Virus genome (UHGV): UHGV-0212524
Direction: 5' to 3' (one strand)
DNA: 64,000 nt
Source: a virus
Positions 46,201 through 54,473 of the stretch are shown one piece after another (positions within the stretch are counted from its first letter, which is position 1; each line of letters opens with the position of its first letter). A program made the translations under genes and the position numbers. The notes under the pieces are model-generated. The model searched no databases. It was given only the letters and a program-made list of their open reading frames with translations, and had not been told where the DNA came from.

Positions 46201-47620
46201 TCGCTGATTCACGAAGCAGTTTTTTCTGGGCGGTTAACGTTGCCTGCGTTGGGTACTTAGCGTTTACGTAATCGGTTAATTGCTCCTTAGTTTTCCCGTA
46301 GGCTAATGCTGCGTCGGATGCAATGCCGTTTAATTCTAACGCACGAATCGGACCCCAGGTGTCAGCGTGTGGGTTATCCTTACGGGTGACGTGTTCGTGC
46401 GCAGGCGCGTTGCGATAGAGCTGTTCTACTAACTGATGGTACTTAACGATTAACTGATAAACGTCGTTACTTACGTCTGCTTCTGGCGCACCAGGTAACG
46501 CAAGGAATTGAGCATAATCGTTCTCAGCCGCCCACCAGTTTAAGTTAACGTTGGTTTTGTACTTCAGCCACTTCGCAACATCCGTTTTGGTGTAACCTGC
46601 TGAGAATTCGTCTGGCGGTGTGTCAACGTTAAAGGTGTAGTCCATGGACTGTTTGTTAGTCGTCACCTCGATAACGTATACACCGTTACCCGGTTGACGA
46701 ACAACGCTAAACGTTAATTCGCCTTTTAATTCATCGTCGGTCAAACCGTTGATTAACGTATAATCATAATCGGTCGAACCACTGCCTAACGCAACTGTCA
46801 GTCGTAGGCTGATTTTACGTTGTTTTAATTGGAGACGAAGGATACTTGCGCCACCGTTCGCGTAGCACAACATCCAATCGATTTGTTCGTTCGGATTAAT
46901 ACTCCCCATATTCGGAAAAATAGCCGGAATACGGTATTTCATCGACAGGGAATATTCATTTAACGTGGTGGTTTTGTACGTAACGGAGAAACGGCGTTTA
47001 GCGGTATTGTAAGTATACCCACCTTTGTTGTCGTACGTTGCGTACTGTTCAGACGTGATAACCGTACCATTAGCACGATGCTCGATATCTAACGTGTTAC
47101 GTGCAATCGGGTCTACCCGATTCACCACGTTACCTAACGAATCACCTAAGCCTGCAATGGCCTGCATTAATTCCAGTTCACCTTTCCAGTTTTCCCAGTC
47201 GAACTGAATATCGACCGGTGGAAAGTAAACTTCGCCGATAACGGTATCCCATTGACACGCAGACGGGTATTTATCTTTATTGAGTTCGCGTTCTGCGGTA
47301 ATCTGTTCTTGGGTCGCTTCACCACAACCTACGGCGTGGTAATCTACCGTGAAATTCGATTTGTATTTGTCATTAACAATCCAAATCATCCCGTGCACGA
47401 GATAGGCTGTGCGCAACATACCGGTCTCGTACGGGTGTGTAATAACGTAATCGTCGCCTAAGGTCAGTATTTTGCCGCCGCTCTTGACCACCAGGGATGT
47501 GGTGAAAAAAGGGGCGTGGGCAGGTACCAACATTCGGTACTTCGTACCAATGACGGCGACCGCTTCACCGGTTATTTTATTCCCCGGTTCTTTGAAGTGT
47601 GGGTCTAGGACGACAGCCAT
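43298..47620 (-). CDS. giant tail fibre/baseplate-like structural protein (1440 aa), first gene of minus-strand operon
   Basis: N-terminal PAHAPFFTTSLVV......GDDYVI module; 10-nt gap to next gene. Confidence 0.75.
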   Translation of the reverse strand: MAVVLDPHFKEPGNKITGEAVAVIGTKYRMLVPAHAPFFTTSLVVKSGGKILTLGDDYVITHPYETGMLRTAYLVHGMIWIVNDKYKSNFTVDYHAVGCGEATQEQITAERELNKDKYPSACQWDTVIGEVYFPPVDIQFDWENWKGELELMQAIAGLGDSLGNVVNRVDPIARNTLDIEHRANGTVITSEQYATYDNKGGYTYNTAKRRFSVTYKTTTLNEYSLSMKYRIPAIFPNMGSINPNEQIDWMLCYANGGASILRLQLKQRKISLRLTVALGSGSTDYDYTLINGLTDDELKGELTFSVVRQPGNGVYVIEVTTNKQSMDYTFNVDTPPDEFSAGYTKTDVAKWLKYKTNVNLNWWAAENDYAQFLALPGAPEADVSNDVYQLIVKYHQLVEQLYRNAPAHEHVTRKDNPHADTWGPIRALELNGIASDAALAYGKTKEQLTDYVNAKYPTQATLTAQKKLLRESASKNVNGTITTLPGFTSFTTEVDPVSMSKYVSPYFSESYVSSGHRYHGALRYTGTKSGFSANFNAVPANLQDIDFIVTGRKTASGNEAVGRVGFRFYENPGSNSGKYVEITGEVWSGTLTIELALHGYGSPVPAVRYISQAPNPAIPDGDFTLRFQLKRTGNVFDVVITVNSKTYSGRINFNNMDAALEALENQHHFKSLINNVADGVNISSQNKGNTVTIKKAPGVVDERRLGAQFVVDPKSIKFIGQGSTDVNVGNNPVTLQAGDNQLVLYPDDRGLLWRGKKLLDPTTVAPYLPGNTAGGTGLFYGATTATVELTGSGIKASPFVATFILPVAEDVTTLACWQLTDEFGTAENLAATPALIEKLDAEFTGKLVAAKSYINDMQLTSSVTIDKITFGLGNVANTPDVDLPISVAQQTELDKYSPKVHQHPSSVFGVANADTTKRGLIKFGLEVDDATLALDGSVVMAQTSQIEDLENTVGGVDSGARVDIIRFGKSGNDLIDVTVKDKILVTLPASTYFVGGETYDVPLMSVNVTERFPNLNKEIYAGIFVDIVDNKAKYIIHDSYSQAETDTMTRVGLIGINDLSEVFVTELRNVTRLGDFRELKDHVANDNAHIQRSASRAVLGLSNLTVGAPCWASGLQAVVRGEADWRYVVGGGYKALDGVKYDQLASKWVFDAKGVSDNVHGFIHNLFPVFNNAGMRVSWETESNAKTGTVLETILACWKNTEDEFMRLSLLITRGYRLTDSNGEYCYAGFGLNFGNGKSVVLGFTPTKRVTPAPWSTLHPDVSFTHTRGANNELTFNATLTLAGTVYTIVVYLSAADKYVSCTAAGGTTQKISLTDRLTGFNLAPIVNDPYTPIYYGLGGLYEDEVRANIRSTTDSITGNKLYGTLLDYISNYSSLNRVRVMELAGTSSDPETLNALVATEFNNSLADYAALPIPPYLNKERVMSFIDTNNKVQAVIIRD

Positions 47621-47687
47621 TATCTACTCCTATAGTCCGTGGGCGTCGAGTTCATACTATGACTTGAATCTATTGAGGAAAAGAGCT

Positions 47688-48950
47688 GTGACTACTGCTT
47701 ATCAAGTGCGGCCTGACAGCGCTTTTGGCTTCTCTCGAGAGACCCGTACCTGGGGAGCCATCGACGTCACGCAACCCTTAGAAACCTTGTGTTCTGATTA
47801 CCATATTTTCGAAGTCGGTCTGAGTGCGCTTGGTAAAGACTATACGTTAATTAGCCAATATCACCTCGCTGACTTACAAAACCGTACCGATACGTTACAA
47901 GACTGGCTGAATGAAAAAGCCGGTGTGGTTATCTCTGCGTTGAAAGACGGTTTACCGACGTTAGAGTTTGATTGGGCACACTACCAATCGATTAATGCCG
48001 ATGTTCCAGTAGAAACCTACCTGTGTCCTCCCGGTTACCATTACAGTCAAGATTTCAGTATAGACGATGCTGACGACGTTGTGATTGTTTGCGAAGATAA
48101 ATGGAAAGACAAATACCGTAACGGGGTGTTGTACAACATCAACGGTCAATGGGTACCACATCAGTCGGATACAGTTGGTGTACGTTTACCGGGCGCGGGT
48201 AAGATAGTACGTCGTGCAGGGACACCGGATATCGGCTGCATGGTCTTTAGTAAATTGGGGAATGTTAAAACGTACCCCATTGCTAACTTGACCCTAAACA
48301 AACTCGACACCACCCGTGACTATTATTCCACGTTAATGATTTCTTTACCGGAATCTATTACGGGTAAAACCGTGGGGTTTGTTATCGGGGGTCTGATACA
48401 CTGGTTACCGGTTACTGGGTACTTCTCCGACAAAGCCATTATGGTCTCGTTACCGAACTTTGACGTTGCGCGTACTGTGTTAGAAACCCGACGTTATTAC
48501 GACTGGGATAGCATCGGTGTTGGCGATCTGTCATCCCCGACCAGCGTACAGCGTATCCGCAACCCAGAAACATTAAAGGCGCTTTTAACCCACGAGTCGT
48601 CGTTTATCTTTACGGTGGATAATCCGTATCTGGAAGAAGAAGTTGTGGGGGTTTCTCACAACGCTATCTGGGGACGTTTATACCTTAAAGATCCTAATGA
48701 CCCTGATGGGGAAAAACAGCTGGGCTATCTGTTAAACCGCTTCGGTAAAACCGTTGCTTATTGGCCGACGTGGGAAGAAGGGGAATGGGTATTTAACACC
48801 ACGGAATTCGACAGTCAAAACTACGTGTTCCGTGAGGCCCGTTGGTATAACCAGAAGAAAATTAACGATGCACAGGCAATCGTAGGACCTTTCGGTCCCT
48901 GGGAAAAAGTCTATTTGGAAATGCATCGTTTCCGTGCAAGAAAAAAATAA
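47688..48950 (+). CDS. hypothetical protein (421 aa), divergent from structural operon
   Basis: GTG at 47688 with GAGGA RBS preferred over 47472, which would overlap the minus gene by ~150 nt. Confidence 0.55.
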   Translation: MTTAYQVRPDSAFGFSRETRTWGAIDVTQPLETLCSDYHIFEVGLSALGKDYTLISQYHLADLQNRTDTLQDWLNEKAGVVISALKDGLPTLEFDWAHYQSINADVPVETYLCPPGYHYSQDFSIDDADDVVIVCEDKWKDKYRNGVLYNINGQWVPHQSDTVGVRLPGAGKIVRRAGTPDIGCMVFSKLGNVKTYPIANLTLNKLDTTRDYYSTLMISLPESITGKTVGFVIGGLIHWLPVTGYFSDKAIMVSLPNFDVARTVLETRRYYDWDSIGVGDLSSPTSVQRIRNPETLKALLTHESSFIFTVDNPYLEEEVVGVSHNAIWGRLYLKDPNDPDGEKQLGYLLNRFGKTVAYWPTWEEGEWVFNTTEFDSQNYVFREARWYNQKKINDAQAIVGPFGPWEKVYLEMHRFRARKK

Positions 48951-48955
48951 GTAAC

Positions 48956-48995
48956 CTCCTACCCTCTAAGAGGGTAGGAGTAGCACGTTTTTTTC
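48956..48995. terminator. bidirectional rho-independent terminator
   Basis: CTCCTACCCTC..GAGGGTAGGAG hairpin with flanking A and T runs between convergent genes. Confidence 0.65.
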
Positions 48996-48997
48996 AC

Positions 48998-49207
48998 TTA
49001 GTCTTTTTTGTAGACAATCGCGTTACCGTGCAGTTTGTTGTTACCGGAAATACCGATAACTTTAAACGCTTCACCGCCGATCTTTTCAGCTTCGACAGCC
49101 AGCTTAGCAGTAACGTCGTCTACGGTATCACCGAAAGCGCTTACGTTACCAATTTTCTTGAACTCTTCAGGAATGTGTTCAGCAGAAGAGAATTCTTTAA
49201 TAGCCAT
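48998..49207 (-). CDS. small DUF1471-like (YhcN/BhsA-like) protein lacking a signal peptide
   Basis: 69 aa; AFKVIGISGNNKLHGNAIVYKK resembles the conserved core of enterobacterial DUF1471 proteins as recalled. Confidence 0.45.
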   Translation of the reverse strand: MAIKEFSSAEHIPEEFKKIGNVSAFGDTVDDVTAKLAVEAEKIGGEAFKVIGISGNNKLHGNAIVYKKD

Positions 49208-49267
49208 AGCTACTCTCCAGTTAAAGAAAGGAAGGACTGTATCGTGTTACAACCAAAGCATAAGATA

Positions 49268-49289
49268 GCTCCTCCCCGAAGGGAGGAGT
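49268..49289. terminator. intergenic hairpin
   Basis: GCTCCTCCC-CGAA-GGGAGGAG stem-loop between two minus-strand genes. Confidence 0.4.
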
Positions 49290-49406
49290 GAGTGCGCGAA
49301 AAAAGTGGCCTGCTTAACTAAACGATGAGGTTTAAGAAAAGTGTTGATAAGAAGCTTACCAACGTCAGGTCACAATATATAATACCAGCGTAAGAAAAAG
49401 GGGAAA

Positions 49407-50372
49407 TCAGCGTGGGCCTGAAGTTGGGCCATGGACGCCGTCGTGGATGTGTACGCTGAAGGTAATACCGGAAATCACCGCATCCTTAACCGTAAAGATA
49501 CCCACGCCTTCGCCCGTACCACCGTATTTGAAGTTCTTAGCAACTTCCAAATTACCGGTGAACATCGCTTCGTTACCTTCTTGCTTAAAGTTCGGCGTTT
49601 TATACGTTGTTGAACCAGAAGCTTCAGTTAGCCAGGTTTCTGTTTTAAAGGTAACCGATTTCGACGCTTCGGTATTCCGAACTTCGCATTTCTCATTAAT
49701 CGTTTTCGTTTCCAGGTTAATCGAACGTTTTGCGTAAATGAACGCATCTTCTTTGTTGATGTTCACTTTCGAGAGCATCGCGTTCTCAAAACCTAAATCG
49801 TCTTCCACCGAGTTAATGTAATACTTATTCCCTTTATGGTCAACGCACTGCCACGACCCGTTAGCGTTATCGAATTGGAATAACCACGCCGCTTTCTCCC
49901 CATTCACCATACTTGTTCTTAGGGTAACGTGTTTGTCAATCGTTGAGACGTTTAACACATACGCGTTCGACAAGTCATCCGCCATCTGGTTTTCCGGGTC
50001 AGCCGACCACGCGTAAACCGCATCCTCTAATCGCTTAACGTTAGCGAAATTCAAATCAATCCAAAAATAAATATCAGTTTGCCCTAGACGTAGCAAGATA
50101 ACGTAATCTTCTCGCTTAACGTCTGGGGAATTAATTCGGTTGGAATTAAATTTCCACCACTTTGCAGTAATCGTGTTACCGGTTTTAATCGTTAGGTTGT
50201 CGATAGCACCCCCAGTATCGTGTACCTTTTCAGCGGTTGAGGAAACTGATTGTACAACGGTAGGGTTCGCAAAGTTGGTTTCAATTGGTATCACTTTTAC
50301 CCGATCTGTACCACGGGGTTTGTCTTCCGCGACGATACCAATCGAGAAAAAGTCAACGCTGGATTTCTCCAT
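49407..50372 (-). CDS. hypothetical structural protein with C-terminal HxH motif (possible central spike)
   Basis: 321 aa; C-terminus FSVHIHDGVHGPTSGP; assignment speculative. Confidence 0.5.
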   Translation of the reverse strand: MEKSSVDFFSIGIVAEDKPRGTDRVKVIPIETNFANPTVVQSVSSTAEKVHDTGGAIDNLTIKTGNTITAKWWKFNSNRINSPDVKREDYVILLRLGQTDIYFWIDLNFANVKRLEDAVYAWSADPENQMADDLSNAYVLNVSTIDKHVTLRTSMVNGEKAAWLFQFDNANGSWQCVDHKGNKYYINSVEDDLGFENAMLSKVNINKEDAFIYAKRSINLETKTINEKCEVRNTEASKSVTFKTETWLTEASGSTTYKTPNFKQEGNEAMFTGNLEVAKNFKYGGTGEGVGIFTVKDAVISGITFSVHIHDGVHGPTSGPR

Positions 50373-50400
50373 TAGGTCGTTCCTTAGATCGGAAATGAAT

Positions 50401-50453
50401 TCAGATATATTTTACTTAAGTGAATAGGGGCTGAACTCGCACTTCAGCCCCTA
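50401..50453 (+). promoter_or_regulatory. conserved promoter-like motif with downstream stem-loop (copy 3 of 4, diverged)
   Basis: TCAGATATATTTTACTTAAG + hairpin TAGGGGCTGAA..TTCAGCCCCTA; ~50 nt upstream of small ORF 50505..50582. Confidence 0.45.
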
Positions 50454-50504
50454 TGGGCACGTTTCTTTCGAAACGGAGTTACCATGTGATTAGGAGACAG
50501 ACCA

Positions 50505-50582
50505 ATGTCTACTGAGAAGAAAAGCGGATTGGACGAAGTCATCGTACTGTTCAAACGCTACAACCCGGCTATTCCTCGGTAA
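50505..50582 (+). CDS. small ORF (25 aa)
   Basis: ATG with AGGAGA RBS downstream of promoter-like motif; MSTEKKSGLDEVIVLFKRYNPAIPR. Confidence 0.25.
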   Translation: MSTEKKSGLDEVIVLFKRYNPAIPR

Positions 50583-50758
50583 TCATAGTATTACTTAAAA
50601 TTTACAGATTGTCCCTTTATTCTGCTACTCGGGATACCGGTAGGGGGTAGGGGGCAATATGTATACGGATATAAATAGCGGAGGTATACGTAGTATACCG
50701 ACATACTCTTCCCAGAGGAACGTAGTGACTCCCTTATTCCATTTTAGGAGAATATATC
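50583..50758. promoter_or_regulatory. non-coding region with direct repeat GGTAGGG x2 and palindrome GGTATAC-gta-GTATACC
   Basis: 176-bp gene-free stretch ahead of the 50759 paralog cluster; tandem GGTAGGG (50639..50652); perfect 7-bp inverted repeat (50683..50699); extra GTATAC at 50662. Confidence 0.35.
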
Positions 50759-51316
50759 ATGATTACTATCGAAATGAAACAACAAGCTATTGAGTTTGTT
50801 AAGCTGGGTGCAGGTAAACACCAACTTGATTATCCTTGCGTTATACAGTCTAACGTTATCCGGCCAGGTACAATGATTACCGGTCTTCAAGTTGAAGAAT
50901 TTGATGGAGATGCTGTGGTTTGGGAACGCCGTTTCTCACGACTTAATTATCATAGTGTCGGAGATAGTTTTACCGAAATATTCCGTCATCTGTTTTCCGG
51001 TACCGGATGGAAAGTAACGAGTGCGTTCTACGGTGGCAATGTTATTACCCTTCTAGACAGAGGAGATGCACGTTATCTCGTGAACTTTACTTTCGCAAGA
51101 CGCTACGCATATTTCCCTAACCCACTTACGTGTACGTTAAGTAACCCAGGAATACTACTAACAGATAAAGAAGCAGAGGCACTACTTACAGAACTGAAAA
51201 AGGACGGTTGTGATATTGATGACTGGGAAACATTGGTAGGGACAGCAAAAGCACACGGTTGGCATACAGTGCGCAAACTCGGTCAGCAACTGTTGTTCTT
51301 AGCTTATAACGTTTAA
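50759..51316 (+). CDS. hypothetical protein, GW..V...G.QLLF C-terminal module family
   Basis: 185 aa; AGGAG RBS; C-terminus GWHTVRKLGQQLLFLAYNV. Confidence 0.6.
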   Translation: MITIEMKQQAIEFVKLGAGKHQLDYPCVIQSNVIRPGTMITGLQVEEFDGDAVVWERRFSRLNYHSVGDSFTEIFRHLFSGTGWKVTSAFYGGNVITLLDRGDARYLVNFTFARRYAYFPNPLTCTLSNPGILLTDKEAEALLTELKKDGCDIDDWETLVGTAKAHGWHTVRKLGQQLLFLAYNV

Positions 51317-51345
51317 GTAACGAACAACCCTAAAGGAGAGTAAAA

Positions 51346-52497
51346 ATGCGAAATATTATTTCTAAACCAGGACATGTCAAGATCCTAAAAGAACTGATGG
51401 ACAGATGCTATAATCAGACTTGGCCTCTGCCAAGCTTAACCATCGAGTCTTCATTACAACGCGAGTTGTTTGGTTATAACTTGGGCTGCTGTGTACTGAG
51501 TGAATACGATGAGATTATCGCGCCTGTCGATGTCTGTACTTACGATGAAGAAATTGAAGGTTACCAGTTCGAGGTTTACACAAATTCTGGACTAAATTAC
51601 CGTAAACTCGTTGTTAGAGAAAAGAGTAGCGGCCGGAAGATTATGTTTAAGGTCTTCCCAAGCGGTAAAGTCAGTAGTTTATGTTTTCAGCTTGAGCAAG
51701 TGTCCTTTCACGGTGCAGCTATTTTAACTAAACCAGAACTCGCGTTATTAAGTGGGTTAATTGGTTTTGAAGCAAAAACCATCAAAGTTGAGCAGGAACT
51801 CACACGAAACGATTTCGGCTCGACCTGGTACGAAAGTTTCTTCCGCTACGAAATGTTAAGTGATAAAGCTATCAAGCTCACTTACCGTTCTACCGACGAT
51901 CTCGTTTACCACATTTTAATTAGCGGCGAACCCCACCTGATTATTGAAGACAAAGGAGAAAATCAAATGTCTGCCTTAAGAGACGAATTAGCCCAATTCA
52001 TTCGTGACGTCGAAGAGAAAAGCAAGAGCGAACACATTTTCTCACAACGCTATCCTGAACTTATTGACGAGACCACCGATAGTGTCGTCGACGGTATACG
52101 CATTTTCCCAAGTGGTCTTGCAATCTACCGACTGCCCAGCGTTAACCAGCTTAAAGTCATGGAAATGCTAAAAGACGTTTTAGCAGAAGCGGGTTGGGAA
52201 TATCGTTTCGATTGCAATTTCGAAGGGATGGCGTTATTCGTTACAAAGAAAAATTATACGTTGTCAATCGATCTGCCCAAAAGTCAATATTACAGTTTCT
52301 TCCCGAAAGCGGATGACCGCACTGAAAAAGAACCTGCGTTGTTACTCGATGCGGCAGAATCCAATACGCTAATGATGCGTCTGCGGATGGTTGACAAAAA
52401 GTTAAATACCGGCCATTTAACGACGATCGGTAAAGATTACGGTTGGAAATCTGTCGAACCGTACGGCAGTCAGCTGCTGTTTGTTGCTGACCTTTAA
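51346..52497 (+). CDS. hypothetical protein, GW..V...G.QLLF C-terminal module family
   Basis: 383 aa; AGGAG RBS; C-terminus GWKSVEPYGSQLLFVADL. Confidence 0.6.
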   Translation: MRNIISKPGHVKILKELMDRCYNQTWPLPSLTIESSLQRELFGYNLGCCVLSEYDEIIAPVDVCTYDEEIEGYQFEVYTNSGLNYRKLVVREKSSGRKIMFKVFPSGKVSSLCFQLEQVSFHGAAILTKPELALLSGLIGFEAKTIKVEQELTRNDFGSTWYESFFRYEMLSDKAIKLTYRSTDDLVYHILISGEPHLIIEDKGENQMSALRDELAQFIRDVEEKSKSEHIFSQRYPELIDETTDSVVDGIRIFPSGLAIYRLPSVNQLKVMEMLKDVLAEAGWEYRFDCNFEGMALFVTKKNYTLSIDLPKSQYYSFFPKADDRTEKEPALLLDAAESNTLMMRLRMVDKKLNTGHLTTIGKDYGWKSVEPYGSQLLFVADL

Positions 52498-52523
52498 TAA
52501 GTGAAAATACACTTTCTCTAACT

Positions 52524-52547
52524 GCCGCGCTTTAGTCGCGGCTTTTG
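52524..52547 (+). terminator. rho-independent terminator
   Basis: GCCGCG-CTTTAGT-CGCGGC + TTTTG. Confidence 0.6.
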
Positions 52548-52564
52548 TTAAGAAGGAAATAGAA

Positions 52565-53338
52565 ATGAAAGTCCATTTAGACGATATCTTTAAAACCGAA
52601 CCGTATATGATCGAAGGCCCGCTAACGTCGCTACTATTTGCCGATAGACTAGATCGAACGTTGCAATTACAATCGGTCGAATCTGCACCGATTAACGATG
52701 TAGAGCGCTACGAGCGCATCAACCATACGCGGGGTGAGTATCGTCGCTATAAGCCAAACTCACTAACCATCAAGCTTTGGAAAGTGAGCACAGGTAAAGT
52801 ATTAACTTATCGCGCTGTTGGTAGTTATTACATTCAACAGGCCAAAGAGTGGTTAGAAAAAGTTAAAGAACTGAACTTCGATCTACTGAGCAAAAAACTG
52901 CGCGATCATAACGCCAGTTTGCCGATACGTAATTATTTCTCCACGATTGAAAATAGTCGTTGCTTCGTTTCCAGCAAGTCTATGATATCGCCTGGGGCTG
53001 ATGTTCAAACAACACTGAAAGATGTGATTGTGAAGAAAATCTTTCATGAATCTGAACACGTTGGATTTCGTATCTATTTAACGCACAAGAGGCCATTTAC
53101 CGTGATTCATGTTGTTACCGCACCCGAAGGCTCGGCAGTCGTACGTGAACTTCCTGACGCACGTGACCGTAGCCCTAATGAGCCACTTTACTTAATGTCA
53201 GGAACAAAATCAGAATCTTTGATGTCCCGTTACAGCATGGTTGATGTTGTTGATACTGCTATGAAGTTAGGTTGGAAAGAAGTACAGCAGCACGGCAAAC
53301 AATTGCTGTTTATCGCAGATGTAAATCTCAATAACTAA
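52565..53338 (+). CDS. hypothetical protein, GW..V...G.QLLF C-terminal module family
   Basis: 257 aa; C-terminus GWKEVQQHGKQLLFIADV. Confidence 0.6.
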   Translation: MKVHLDDIFKTEPYMIEGPLTSLLFADRLDRTLQLQSVESAPINDVERYERINHTRGEYRRYKPNSLTIKLWKVSTGKVLTYRAVGSYYIQQAKEWLEKVKELNFDLLSKKLRDHNASLPIRNYFSTIENSRCFVSSKSMISPGADVQTTLKDVIVKKIFHESEHVGFRIYLTHKRPFTVIHVVTAPEGSAVVRELPDARDRSPNEPLYLMSGTKSESLMSRYSMVDVVDTAMKLGWKEVQQHGKQLLFIADVNLNN

Positions 53339-53350
53339 AGAGGTGGTACC

Positions 53351-53929
53351 GTGTACCGATTAATAGAAATGAGAAAAGACGTTTGGTTGGAAAACCTCGT
53401 CGATGGGGAGCTTGAGGGAATAGAGCTTTCCTTACCAGAGAGAGCGGACACGGTATTGGCCTTTCTGGTAAAACAGGCAGACCGTGAGCCGGTAGGAATT
53501 TTCACTGTGGACTATAAAGATCCGCGAGGAATTCATTTACGGAACATTTGCAGTGGTTTGGAAAACTTACCGGCTAATCCGTTCTTAAACTACGCAAAAC
53601 GTAAACTCCAACCGGGACAACACCTCTGGGTAACGTTATCGCCTGACGTTAGGATCATACGTGACGATTACTCGGCGTTTGTACAGGCAACGAAAGTCAG
53701 TCTGTATAACCCGAACGCAGAGCGTACCGATATGCCGTTTATAATTACCTTAGAAGACGATGGAACGCAAGAAGGTATCGAGGCAATTACGGAATTAGTA
53801 AACTCTTATCCGGTTGCCACTATCGAGATAGAAAACCCAAGCCGTTTACAATTGGGTGACCTGCTCGAATGGATCGAACTGAATACAGAATTCTTAATCA
53901 ATTCTCGTCAGTATCGATTCGACGTTTAA
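53351..53929 (+). CDS. hypothetical protein
   Basis: 192 aa; GTG start with AGAGGTGG RBS; terminator follows. Confidence 0.5.
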   Translation: MYRLIEMRKDVWLENLVDGELEGIELSLPERADTVLAFLVKQADREPVGIFTVDYKDPRGIHLRNICSGLENLPANPFLNYAKRKLQPGQHLWVTLSPDVRIIRDDYSAFVQATKVSLYNPNAERTDMPFIITLEDDGTQEGIEAITELVNSYPVATIEIENPSRLQLGDLLEWIELNTEFLINSRQYRFDV

Positions 53930-53933
53930 CAAC

Positions 53934-53962
53934 GGTGGGGTGTAAACCCCACCTTTTTTTTG
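53934..53962 (+). terminator. rho-independent terminator
   Basis: GGTGGGG-TGTAAA-CCCCACC + TTTTTTTT. Confidence 0.8.
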
Positions 53963-53984
53963 TTCTCTAACATTAAAAATAATC

Positions 53985-54046
53985 TCAGATATATATTACT
54001 TAGGTGAGAGTACAAAAGCTCTCACTTAACTAAAACCATTTTAGGA
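53985..54046 (+). promoter_or_regulatory. conserved promoter-like motif + stem-loop + conserved 5'UTR/RBS (copy 4 of 4)
   Basis: TCAGATATATATTACTTAGG + GTGAGAG..CTCTCAC + CTTAACTAAAACCATTTTAGGAG before ATG 54056; near-identical to copy 2. Confidence 0.55.
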
Positions 54047-54055
54047 GTATTAACG

Positions 54056-54427
54056 ATGAAAAGCGAATTGTTCAAAGACCCGTTTGTTGTATTACTGATC
54101 GTTACTCGCGCTGCCACTAACCCAGAAGACCTGAAACGTTTACTTGCCAACGAAGCATACCTTATCGAACAGCGTGACGCGCAGTTAGCCAAACCACACG
54201 CTGAAGGCCAGGTGAAAGACCTTATCTCTATTTTCCGTAACGAAGAATGGCGTAAAAACAACCAGCTGTCCGACAACCTGACGGTTGCAATTGCAAAACT
54301 CTTGACACTGTTCAATCTTGACAAAGACATTAACCAAAGCCTTTCTACAGAAGAACGTCTGGAGATGATAAGAGGTATCGGAGATAGCTATACGCAGATT
54401 AAAGCATTCCCCAACACAGTTATTTAA
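54056..54427 (+). CDS. hypothetical protein
   Basis: 123 aa; TAGGAG RBS within conserved promoter/5'UTR unit. Confidence 0.55.
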   Translation: MKSELFKDPFVVLLIVTRAATNPEDLKRLLANEAYLIEQRDAQLAKPHAEGQVKDLISIFRNEEWRKNNQLSDNLTVAIAKLLTLFNLDKDINQSLSTEERLEMIRGIGDSYTQIKAFPNTVI

Positions 54428-54473
54428 TTTCATGTTTTGTGGGAACTTCCCCATAACCCGAAGGAGCATTTCA

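Noticed and set aside
33941-47461. Numerous 60 to 130 aa plus-strand ORFs within the giant minus-strand structural genes
   Set aside because: Embedded antisense ORFs without RBS context; the long minus-strand frames are uninterrupted over 4 to 5 kb and are the credible genes.
47472-47687. Upstream extension of the 47688..48950 gene to ATG 47472
   Set aside because: It would overlap the divergent 1440-aa gene by ~150 nt; the GTG at 47688 has a properly spaced GAGGA RBS in the 67-bp intergenic gap.
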